A DNA stretch of 64,000 nt. Source: a virus. Its lineage: Duplodnaviria; Caudoviricetes. Positions 26,309-36,400 of the stretch are shown here, piece by piece (the stretch's first letter is position 1; every line of letters begins with the position of its first letter). The notes below the pieces were generated by a model, which saw only the letters and a list, made by a program, of their open reading frames with translations, did not search any database and was not told where the DNA came from. Where the stretch lies: IMG/VR virus record IMGVR_UViG_2529292751_000006, positions 1 to 64,000 of that record. One strand, given 5' to 3'. The position numbers and the translations under genes are program-made.

Positions 26309-26969
26309 GACGCTTAATCTCCCTATTTATTCCTGTAACCTTATGAGTATTTTCTTTTCGTTGCATAAAGTCTCTTGCTTCTTCTAAGTACTTTTCTAAT
26401 TCAAAAGCATTTCGTAAAGGTCTGAGCTGATTTTCTTTCCGTTGTACTTTAGCAACGTCAATCATAAATAACAATTCATCCACTGTATAATTGCCTAGCA
26501 TATATTTAAACTTACCTTCATCTTGCTTAATCATATGTTCATTTGGAGCAATATTCATTCGCTTGTACCAGTAGTCTAACAATTCTTGCAGTGTAAACCT
26601 TTTTTTCATTTCAAGATAAAATTCAAACTCTACTCTAACCATCTTACCTGATTCTGGATCCATTTTTAAAGTCGGTGGAGGTGGAACTTCACGTAAAATA
26701 TTGTGATAGTAGAATGAGTCAGGACTTAATAAGTTATTAGGTGGCTCTTTCGTTTTCATGATTTCCTCAATATGATAAAGTGTTGTAACGATTTGAGGAT
26801 ATGTTTTTGAAAAGCTATCTAACTCCTCTTTAATATCATGCAAAGTCCACCCCTTATTCAATAAAAATTGAATAGAGGATATGGCACTTTGTGTTCTTGG
26901 TTCTATAGAAAATCTAGCTTGGGTGATGTAATGTACAAAATAATTTGCAAGTTCTTCAACGGTCTGCAT
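26274..26969 (-). CDS. Hypothetical replication-associated protein
   Basis: 231-aa ORF between annealase and primase; function inferred only from position. Confidence 0.7.
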   Translation of the reverse strand: MQTVEELANYFVHYITQARFSIEPRTQSAISSIQFLLNKGWTLHDIKEELDSFSKTYPQIVTTLYHIEEIMKTKEPPNNLLSPDSFYYHNILREVPPPPTLKMDPESGKMVRVEFEFYLEMKKRFTLQELLDYWYKRMNIAPNEHMIKQDEGKFKYMLGNYTVDELLFMIDVAKVQRKENQLRPLRNAFELEKYLEEARDFMQRKENTHKVTGINREIKRHATDSNTASFH

Positions 26970-26982
26970 ATATGATTCGCTC

Positions 26983-28225
26983 CTATGCCGCTTTTTTATC
27001 TAAATGATTATTAAAATCTTGTAAGTTATGTGGAGTTAAATGCCCAAATGATGCATTCTCGTCCTTAAAGAACTCTCTCACATGTGGCAACAATTGACTA
27101 TCTGTTGAAATATTTAATCTGATTTTGTTGCTTTTAAGTCTTTCTAACTCTTGCTCAACTTCAGGACTATTCCAAGGATTATCAGCTATAACATTTGCTA
27201 AAGGGTCATTTTGCACAACTGACTTTCCGGATTCCTCATTACCTGCTTCTTCATTCGCTTGTGGCTGTGCTTGAAAGTCTTGCTGTTGAGCCTGTGCTTG
27301 CGGTTCAGCTTTGAAATTTTGTTGTTCTGCTGTTGCCTGTGGTTGGGCTTGAAACTCCTGTTGCTGAATTGTTCCACTTTGTTGTGGAGCATTATCAAAT
27401 GGAGTTGTAATCGTTCCACTCGCCATAGCCACATCCGTATTATACATAGCTTGCTCTACTTGTTTGGCTTCACTATATTGATTTTGCTGAACCATCTGCT
27501 GATACCCTTGAGGGTCATGTTGTTGCATTGTTTGTTGATACCAATTAGCTTGTTGTTCTGGTGTTAGTTCAACTGGGATACTGTCCTTGCTGATTTTGAT
27601 ATTGCTGATTCTGATTCCATTGTTGCTGTTGATTCCATTGCTGTTGTGGCTGCTGTTGCCCTTGTCCCTGAGGATACTGATACACATTATTTTGTTGTTG
27701 TTGTGCATTCGGATTATATCCAACTTGATAGCTAGGATCTTGTGCTAAACTATTATATTCATTTTCTTCTGTTTCAATTTTTATTTTATCGTAAACTGAT
27801 GAACCTACACCGAACATTGACGCACATTTATTTAAGCAATTTGAAGTGGCTGATTTATAGGCACTATCTTGATTATCCTTACCGCCAACTGCAACCTTAC
27901 ACCCATACTGTGAACGCTGTCCTAGTCCTGGGATAAATAAATAACCTCTCACATGATAGACGTAACCATCAAAAGACCAAGCGCTTGTATTTTTATCAAA
28001 CTTATATACTTCTTCTCGCCATTGCTCTACAGGCTCAAAATCCCAATATGTAATTCCATCTGTTGCATAATCTAATATTTGGGTAACTGTTTTTACACCA
28101 ATGTATTTGTTATTCCCTTTACCCGGCTTTTTTTCTAGCCACTCATCTTTACACTCTTTAAGCTTTTCCCTAATTGTTTTGAGTTGATCTAATTCAGGAA
28201 TAAACTTTTCAATTACTGCTCGCAT
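26983..28225 (-). CDS. Rad52/Sak-like ssDNA-annealing protein with Q-rich tail, interrupted by a one-base frameshift near 27575
   Basis: KKPGKGNNKYI and AYKSATSNCLNKCASMFGVG Rad52-family motifs; Q-rich coding continues in the +1 frame after TAT CCC AGT TGA. Confidence 0.75.
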
Positions 28226-28277
28226 ATAAAAAACCTCCTAATGTGGTTTACCTCTCTTCTTGAAGTATATTTTATAT

Positions 28278-28300
28278 TGTAATGCACTTCAAGTATTATA
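28278..28300 (-). promoter_or_regulatory. -10 box and operator copy 7 at the head of the replication operon
   Basis: TATAAT at 28295-28300; TGTAATGCACTTCA at 28278-28291. Confidence 0.65.
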
Positions 28301-28335
28301 AACTTATTGTATCACGCTATGATTATATAGACAAT

Positions 28336-28382
28336 AAAAAAATGCAGTTATCTTCAGATTTCTCTGAATTCCTGCATTTTTC
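28336..28382 (-). terminator. Terminator closing the structural cluster
   Basis: Outer stem AAAAAATGCAG/CTGCATTTTTT, inner TTCAGA/TCTGAA stem, U-tail. Confidence 0.7.
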
Positions 28383-28392
28383 TTTGATTTCC

Positions 28393-28800
28393 TTATTTTA
28401 ATAGCGCAATTGCAGCAGTTCCAGCGACAGTGATAAGACCAAGTAATGCAAAAAAAGCTTTCCATAGTTGCCCTATGAATTCATTTTGAGAATCAATAAA
28501 CTTATCTTGAGCTTTCATTGCGATATCTTGTTTGGAATTTAATTCGCCAACATTCTCTTGTACAGTTAGCATGCCACGTTGGATTAAATTAACCGAACCT
28601 TGGATGTCATTTAGTGACTTTCTAATATATTGCACTTCTGCTTCTAATTCAGATACTCGTTTCTCTGTTTTTTCGCTCTTCTTCCCCAGTAGCTCCATAG
28701 AATCACGAAGCTCTTTAATTTCCTTTTCAAGGTCATCTTGACGTCTAATAAGCTTTTGTATATCCATTTCTTTTAAAGAAAGATTTCCATAGTTCGGCAT
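28393..28800 (-). CDS. XhlA-like coiled-coil protein with C-terminal TM (possible lysis accessory)
   Basis: Long heptad repeat (RVSELEAEV), then LWKAFFALLGLITVAGTAAIALLK. Confidence 0.65.
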   Translation of the reverse strand: MPNYGNLSLKEMDIQKLIRRQDDLEKEIKELRDSMELLGKKSEKTEKRVSELEAEVQYIRKSLNDIQGSVNLIQRGMLTVQENVGELNSKQDIAMKAQDKFIDSQNEFIGQLWKAFFALLGLITVAGTAAIALLK

Positions 28801-28820
28801 AGCACTTGCCTCCTTCTATA

Positions 28821-30074
28821 CTATGATTCTTTTGTATAATGTAATCTCACAGCATGAAGGCATGGGTTAACTCCATTGTAAGGATCAGGATGCAGATGTG
28901 TTTTAATCCATATCCTTTCTGCTATTTGGTTTTTCCAATCAGCATTCAAAAGAGGACGTAGTGTGTGATCATTATCTTCTACATATACTTCATATTCATA
29001 GATGTTTCCATCTAGCTGTTTATCCAAATTTTTAGGATAGCTGAATGCATTCCTATTTAGAAAGACATGCTCAATAGATTCTATGTTATATACCCCTTCC
29101 ATATTAAATGGTGTTAGAACCATTCCTCCACTTGTTTCAAATGTTGTTAAGAATATGCCTATTTCTTGTGCACCTAAAGTAAATACTGTTTTCCCGTCTA
29201 TATTTACAGAATATCTTTGTACGAATGTAATTCGAATCTTTTGAACGGGAACACTAGGGAAAAACCATTTCTTTCTTGGGGCATGATTTTCAGATGAAAT
29301 ACTAGTGATTTCATTTTGCTGAAAACCTTGTATTGTTTGCCAGCCATCATTGTAATGCATTTCAATATCCTTAATTTGAATCCCACGCTCTGGATGAGGG
29401 TGTATTCCAATCGTATTAACATGCAGATTATTAACTAAGTGTAATGGTAATTCAATCTCTACTACAACATCTTCCCCGTTCTTTGGGACATCTATTGGAG
29501 AATCATATGTTACGGTTCGTCTCCAAAATGATAGGTTATCGCCATTAAAAGCATTTAGGATATCATTATCAACTACTTTTCCTTTTTTACCTGTACGTCC
29601 AACTTGCACTTTTAGCTCTGATGGGATAATTCTTTTATCATTCATATCGACGATATGTGTTTTTGATATTTGATGAATTGCAGGTATTGTAGCAAATCTG
29701 TACTGTAAATCGATTTCTGATCTAGGAATTGCAACTTGATTATCTTGAAAATCTTTAGGATAGTTTATCTTCATATCTTGAACGAAAGCTGTTTTATGGA
29801 AATTCTTATTTACATAGGATGGGCCACCAAGAGTATCTAGTTGCTTCTCAATGAGAGCAATTCGGTCTTCTAGGAATTTCACATAATTATGTAAAGTCAT
29901 GTTTTCCATAAGAACAGTTTGATGTGCTTCTTTTAGTTGTATATGTATTTCATTTTCTTGTTTATATAGCTCAATTAATTCTGCATATTTCTGATCTTCA
30001 TTTTCATTATATTCATGAGAAGAAGTTGGTCCACGAAATTTCGCATTACCACTTTTACTTGTAGGCATTCTCAT
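28821..30074 (-). CDS. Putative virion structural protein, paralog family A
   Basis: FRGPTSSHEYN coiled-coil head, AFNGDNLSFW discoidin-like motif, ends NPCLHAVRL; RBS AAGGAG before ATG 30074. Confidence 0.75.
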   Translation of the reverse strand: MRMPTSKSGNAKFRGPTSSHEYNENEDQKYAELIELYKQENEIHIQLKEAHQTVLMENMTLHNYVKFLEDRIALIEKQLDTLGGPSYVNKNFHKTAFVQDMKINYPKDFQDNQVAIPRSEIDLQYRFATIPAIHQISKTHIVDMNDKRIIPSELKVQVGRTGKKGKVVDNDILNAFNGDNLSFWRRTVTYDSPIDVPKNGEDVVVEIELPLHLVNNLHVNTIGIHPHPERGIQIKDIEMHYNDGWQTIQGFQQNEITSISSENHAPRKKWFFPSVPVQKIRITFVQRYSVNIDGKTVFTLGAQEIGIFLTTFETSGGMVLTPFNMEGVYNIESIEHVFLNRNAFSYPKNLDKQLDGNIYEYEVYVEDNDHTLRPLLNADWKNQIAERIWIKTHLHPDPYNGVNPCLHAVRLHYTKES

Positions 30075-31311
30075 AATCTCGATATCTCCTTTCGGCTTCA
30101 GCAACTCTTTCATCTAATTCTTGCAAGCGCTGCTTCAACTCATAAATCCCTAACATGCCATTGATAGAAGAATCTCTGGTTAATTGTATCATATTGTCCC
30201 CAAAAGCTCTTATCTGCCCGTTATGTATATTATTCTGCATATTTTGCATTTCGGTTATATTTTCCGTATTTTCTCCTGTTTTCATAGAAATACTAAGATT
30301 TTTCTCACCTTCAAACCAAGATTGTATACCAAGGTCTGTTTTTTTCTTTAAATCAGTAATAGAACGATGCAACTGTCTAATATCATATATTTGTTCCTGA
30401 TGATCATGTAATACTTTTTCAGACTCTCTATGTCCTCTATATCTAGCATTTCTTTTCATAATGTTAGGATATTTATATAAGGATGGTATAGGGACAGCAG
30501 GGTTCATTAAATCCACTATATCTTTTGGCGGCTCATCTATTGTTGCTGGCTTATCTATTAAAGGTGGTATAACCGGTTCCTTAGGATCTTTAAATTTATC
30601 TTTGTCTTTTAAAGTTTGCACAAACAGCCTAGATGTTTTTATACATTTATGTACTGAATAGGAAATATCGTATGCTGTTTCACTTACAATATTACTAGTA
30701 ACCACCAAGGATTTATTTGTTTCCTCGATTACAGTTAGTGTCTTATCATATATCCACTTACCTTTTTCTGAATAGGGATGCATTGCGGAGAAAATTGCTT
30801 TCTCACCTGGTCTAATCGTATAAGTATTTGGCGATAGCTGTATATCGCAAATAGTTTCTACTCGACCCATTTCTATTTCCACGAAGTCTTTTGTGTATCC
30901 AATATAGGGGCTGCCTGTCCAATGTTCACTTTTACTTAATTTATCGAATGGCAATCCATAAAACCAATTCCCAATTAGCATATTTAGATTCTGGGAGCTT
31001 TTACTTTTACTCTTTACAGCAACCACCCATGACTCAGAGCCATCTATAAATGTATAGAGTGCTCCAAGCAAGCGGCCATATCTACCTGAACCAAAATAGG
31101 ACATATTCGTAATCCGAATAAGATTACCATCTTCTTTAGATACATCAACTTCTAATACTTCTCCTGTAGATAGAGATATTATTTTTTTGTTACTTAGCTG
31201 ATCCCAGTTAATAATAATCTGCTCTGCTGGTAAATCTCTTAGCATTTCACCTTCTTCATTTTGCTGAGCGTTAGCAAAGAATAGCGTAAGATGTTTAGCA
31301 GTCTGGTCCAT
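30055..31311 (-). CDS. Putative virion structural protein
   Basis: 418-aa ORF; C-terminal NARYRGHRESEK..coiled coil resembles the family A head motif. Confidence 0.75.
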   Translation of the reverse strand: MDQTAKHLTLFFANAQQNEEGEMLRDLPAEQIIINWDQLSNKKIISLSTGEVLEVDVSKEDGNLIRITNMSYFGSGRYGRLLGALYTFIDGSESWVVAVKSKSKSSQNLNMLIGNWFYGLPFDKLSKSEHWTGSPYIGYTKDFVEIEMGRVETICDIQLSPNTYTIRPGEKAIFSAMHPYSEKGKWIYDKTLTVIEETNKSLVVTSNIVSETAYDISYSVHKCIKTSRLFVQTLKDKDKFKDPKEPVIPPLIDKPATIDEPPKDIVDLMNPAVPIPSLYKYPNIMKRNARYRGHRESEKVLHDHQEQIYDIRQLHRSITDLKKKTDLGIQSWFEGEKNLSISMKTGENTENITEMQNMQNNIHNGQIRAFGDNMIQLTRDSSINGMLGIYELKQRLQELDERVAEAERRYRDYENAYK

Positions 31312-31320
31312 TTAATCACC

Positions 31321-33435
31321 TCATTTAGCACGTAATTGAATGCTATATATTTTTGGAGTTACATAAGGTACATTTGCATCTCTGCGTAAGTTTGCACGTA
31401 AAATCATTTCATTGTGTTTTTCAATATTTTTATTTGTTTCATAAATTAATTGGAAGATACAATTCTTTGGCAAGTAATTCAAAACAACTTGTCTTTCATG
31501 GATAGCAAAATAACTACGATTATTAGGAGATATATTATGAAATAAAGTGTGTGACTCTACAAACTGCATGGATTCAAGATCACCACGGACTCTTTTTTCT
31601 TTTGCAAAATTAAATTTCCCTATAATTGTTTCAAGTGGCAGCTCTTCTCTTCTTGTATCCACTCGTTCTTGCATGTCTCCCCAATGATATAAGATTTGAA
31701 TCTCATTCCATCCCTTTTCAAATTTCATTGTTACCTCATCGTTTACAGGTGCTAATCGTTGACGATTTACATATACAGCATAGGAGCCTAGCCTTTTTCT
31801 TGAACCAGTTCCTAACATAGACATTACAGATAAGCTTAATGGCTCATTTCTTGCTTCATCCGCAAATACACAAATACTATATCTGTAGAAGTTATCATCA
31901 AACCCTCCACCATCTCTTCTGAGGGATAAGATATTTCCTTTTGGTATGTAATCTACACGAATTATTTCAGGACGGTTCTGATACTGTTGATCCCAAATAC
32001 TATTAAGAGGAATTTGACCATTGAACGGGATATAAGTTCTCTCCCTTTTCCACTGGTTAATACCTCGAAATAACTTAGGATTTTCAAGCTCATCAAACGT
32101 TTCTTGTGTTGAGCCTGTTTGTGTATTGAGAATTTGTTCTGAAATTATGCCATCACCATTATCTTTCATAAGTCGAAACACCTGCATGCCGTTAATGACC
32201 TCTCTTGTTGGTTCGCATTTGCTCGTTTCGATTTGTTTAGTCTCTTTTGTATTAAGAGTTACTACCTTAGCGAATTTTGGTTGTGTATCGTCTGAAGATG
32301 ATACTGGATGCCAAATTAGTTCTTCCAAACTCTTTGCGGGATCATGTAAAGCAATCTCATACTTTAGCTCTGTATTAAAAGGAACATCCTCTTTTGTCAT
32401 AATAGATACCTGCTGAATTGTATCTTTGAATGGAATCGGATTTGTATATAAAACCCCTTCACTCAGGTAGTCTTTCTTATACATACCAATTGTCTTTGCT
32501 CCAAAATAGTAATTATAAAAGTCGCCAGACCTTTCATCATAGTCACTTTTTTCAAATACAAACTTTACACCCTGTGCATTAATTTTCTGGAAGCTCCATA
32601 TTTTAATACCAGTAATTTTATCTGTTTGCGCCTGCTGATAAATAGGTGAGAAAGCTACACCATCATTTGTATATTCCAGTTTGATATTAATCGGCTTTCC
32701 GTGATGTGGAATATATTCAATATAATTTAGTTCTTCTACTTCATCAAACATGACAGTCAGCTCAGCTCGCATAACATTACTTGCACTTAGCTCTTTTGTT
32801 TTAACAACATGCCACCAAGCTGTATTAATATTATCATCAAATGCATGTGTAATGCTTTCCAATGCTTCATTTTTCTGTGATGGCTGTAGTGTTTGAAAAT
32901 ATGCTTTACTTGGGTCAATAATAATTCTTTTTCCTTTTCCGATATTCTCAGATAATGTTACTTCTTTATTCTGGATGTCTACAAATATAGTGCTATTTGC
33001 CTTATTTACATCACTAGCATTCTCAAAACTAACCACATAGCTTTCAAAGTACTTATAATCACTGTTGTTAGAGACTAATAGCAATTCATCTATAGACTTA
33101 GAGATATTAGCCAGTTCATGACTTAATTTATTTCTCTCTGTTTCTATTAAGTTGAAATCAGTCATAATTTGTGTCGTTTGATTAATAGTGGCATCATAGG
33201 CATCTGTTATATCTTGATGAATCTGCGACACATGATTATTATACTTATCAGCATCTGATTTTTCTTTTCGAAATACCTTCACTGGATTAAAAGATGGTGT
33301 TCCAGGTCTATGTTCTCGCAACCATTGTGCAAACTGGTGTGTAATAGTTTCAAAAGCAGGATATCTGCCACGAAACAGATATCCTTTTATAATTTCTTCT
33401 ACTTTTCTTGTGATTTGTATCTTTTTTATACTCAT
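31321..33435 (-). CDS. Putative virion structural protein, paralog family A
   Basis: PSFNP..SDADKYN..I.QDI, AFDDNINTAWW, ends TPKIYSIQL. Confidence 0.8.
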   Translation of the reverse strand: MSIKKIQITRKVEEIIKGYLFRGRYPAFETITHQFAQWLREHRPGTPSFNPVKVFRKEKSDADKYNNHVSQIHQDITDAYDATINQTTQIMTDFNLIETERNKLSHELANISKSIDELLLVSNNSDYKYFESYVVSFENASDVNKANSTIFVDIQNKEVTLSENIGKGKRIIIDPSKAYFQTLQPSQKNEALESITHAFDDNINTAWWHVVKTKELSASNVMRAELTVMFDEVEELNYIEYIPHHGKPINIKLEYTNDGVAFSPIYQQAQTDKITGIKIWSFQKINAQGVKFVFEKSDYDERSGDFYNYYFGAKTIGMYKKDYLSEGVLYTNPIPFKDTIQQVSIMTKEDVPFNTELKYEIALHDPAKSLEELIWHPVSSSDDTQPKFAKVVTLNTKETKQIETSKCEPTREVINGMQVFRLMKDNGDGIISEQILNTQTGSTQETFDELENPKLFRGINQWKRERTYIPFNGQIPLNSIWDQQYQNRPEIIRVDYIPKGNILSLRRDGGGFDDNFYRYSICVFADEARNEPLSLSVMSMLGTGSRKRLGSYAVYVNRQRLAPVNDEVTMKFEKGWNEIQILYHWGDMQERVDTRREELPLETIIGKFNFAKEKRVRGDLESMQFVESHTLFHNISPNNRSYFAIHERQVVLNYLPKNCIFQLIYETNKNIEKHNEMILRANLRRDANVPYVTPKIYSIQLRAK

Positions 33436-33449
33436 GTAATCACCTTTTC

Positions 33450-36400
33450 TTAGTCTGGTCTTCTGCAATCTGTATAGTTTACTGATATATTACTCTCTAC
33501 ACGATCACCGTTTGTATTATAAACTGTTGCCTTTGTTAATTGGAAAACATCCTCAATATATATTTCTCGTCTTGTTATTGCGCCACCTTTTTTAAACCAA
33601 ATATCAAACGCCCATTCTGGAGAAGCTTCAAAATTAAGACCACCAGTTTCTTTTATGATTTCATAAAACACATAATTATAATTAGTAGGATAATGTGTAT
33701 TATGCCAATACTGTATACTCGTGATTATATTATTGTCCTTTAAAGTCGGAATGATATTTGCCGGTCTTGTAGACATTGGATACATATCTAATGAAGTATA
33801 AACAATGGCATGCTTTACCGCATCGTGTCGGTATTTATTATTGAATGTAAATAGACCAAAATTAGGGTCAGTAAATTGATCCCATTCGACTTTAAACTCT
33901 TTCTTACTAAGACCTTTAAGTCTCTCGAAAGACATTACCTTAGATAGGTTTATTTCATTCACAGGTGTAAATTCTTGATAGAAGGCAGGTTTTCCATCAG
34001 GATCTAGACCTGTAGAGATTATAGCCACTCTAGCGTCCACTTTAGCATCTATTAAATTTCGAATAAGAATTTGTACATTTTGTTTTATATTATGAAAATA
34101 TAGACCATCCATTTCTTCAAAAGCACAAATAGAAAGTACTATATCAATTTTCCCTATTTCATTAGCTGCTGCATGCTCGATTGGATTTCTAGGAACAACT
34201 TTATGTTTAGCCATAGGAATTTTTGGGCTTATTTCCTCTATATTTTTCTCTCCTGTAAATTCATACTCTTTTTTGTAATCTTCTGTTTCTACAACTAATT
34301 TTTTAATCTTATGGAAATCATCTCTCATAATATATTTATAAAAATTAATAAATGAGCTGCCAAAGCAATTCTTACCACGAGCATGCTTCTTATCGTCACT
34401 AGTACTGATAGGATATGCATTCGTAAATCTAAGCGGCCCTGTTGTACAGTCATTCCCTATGAATGAAAATGAATCGGTTTTAACTTCGCCATTCTCATCT
34501 ATAGCCCCAAATTTAACTACTACCACATTATGTATACCAATTAAATTTGTATTAATAGGAATTATTTTCGTTACATACCTTTGATTATTGACTTTTTCTA
34601 CTTCATTAAGAATCTCTTTGCCGTTAACACTAACAACAGAAAAGACATTAACAATATTATTAATACTTTTTATGTTGACTGTTATTGTATGAAGAGGATT
34701 TTCAACAATATTCCCTTGATTCGCACATAAAGAGTATGGAATATTTAAGAAATCAAGTTTTATATTATCCGACTTTCCTTCTATATTGACATCTACAGGC
34801 GTTTCTTTTTTACAATTAACAGCTATTAGCTTGAGTTCTTTTGTAGAACTAATACCACTTTCATTTGTCGCAGTTACACTAATCGAGATAGTATCACCAG
34901 GATCAAGCAAAGTCGTATCTAATGAAAGACTATGTGAAAATTCTTTTTTATTCTGCAGTGTTATTACTTCAGGGTCTTTTATAAGTTTACCATTTATTTT
35001 TAAAGAACAACTAAATGACTTGATACCTAAAGTGTCTGCTATATATATATTTAAATTTTCAAATAAGCTATCTTTAATATTAGGACTTTCCTCTTGTGTT
35101 AGATACTTATTTCCGCATAAATCCTTGGGAGCATCTTTAAATTGTATTTCAGGACCATTAGAAGAAATACCAGTTTCAATAAGGTTTTGAGATGGACATA
35201 TCGATTTCATAAAATCTTCATCCAGTCGATATACAATGACATCCTCTTTCCCACCGACATATGGTGCTTTACTGTAATCCACAGTACCATTATGGAGCCA
35301 TAACAGATTATCTACTGATTTCAAAGCCCCTATTGAATGCTCAGGATAGCTCACCCCAGCTGATTTATATTGAATTCCTTGCGACCATCTAGTTTGTTCT
35401 ACGCCCGTCCTATCTCTGTAGAGTACACCTAATGCTGTTATTAGAATGTTATCTTTCCCAGTGCCACTGATAATTTGAATTGCAGGGCTCTTAAAGAATT
35501 TTTCCCATCCAATTTTCACGACAACTTCTCCGTTTTTAGTGGTAAACCTATAATTGTATGCATAAGCGCTTAGGGATATTTTCCTTACTTCAAGCTTATT
35601 CGTTGCATCGTTGTAATACTGAACTAAAATATGAGTTACTAGATTACATGAATAAATATTTCCAGATGGCTGATAAGTAAATGCATCAGGGTTAAAATCA
35701 CTCATTGTATCACAAGCATGATCAATCCAATCATTCTCAAAAACCGGTATTACATAACTCCCTTTTTCACCTAGACTTGGAGCGGAAGAAAAGTCACCTT
35801 GGATTGTTTGAGGGAACCAATCTGCATCTTTCTTATCATCTCCTACTAGGATTTTTTCTATATTTGAAACTTGCCCATGTGTCTTTCCTATACCTACTGG
35901 CCAAATAACATGGGGATCATCATAATAATCCGAATAAAGTAAACTAATAGCATGAATTTGAAAAGCTTGTTTTGATTCATCATTTCCTGCTGCTAACATT
36001 AGTATAGGGCTACTAAATTGTTTACTCCATCCAATAGCAAGTTTTGCTCCCACCCCATTATCTAAAAATGTTAAAGGCAGCGTAGACCCTGGAACATGTA
36101 GCATTTTAATCTCATGAGAGCCATTGTCGTTATAAAGATAATAATAAAGTGTAATGTCCTCTAATTTATAGCAATCTCGAACTCTTTTTTTACCTTCATG
36201 ATTTGTATCTGGTCTACGACAGTCTTCCACTACAAATGAAAAGCTTTTATTAATAGATAAGTTTTGAGTATCATATGCAGTTATACTAACTGTTACAGAG
36301 TCACCTTTTTTAATGCCTAAATCAGTAAGTTTTTGATAAGGAACTTTTACGTATATACTGGACTCACTAATGCCCATGATGCTAATCGCAGGCATCTCTT

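Noticed and set aside
27576-27723. N-terminal part of track ORF 26983..27723 (MDIIRMHNNN...)
   Set aside because: It is the off-frame reading of the annealase Q-rich codons and has no RBS; only the part after about 27576 looks coding
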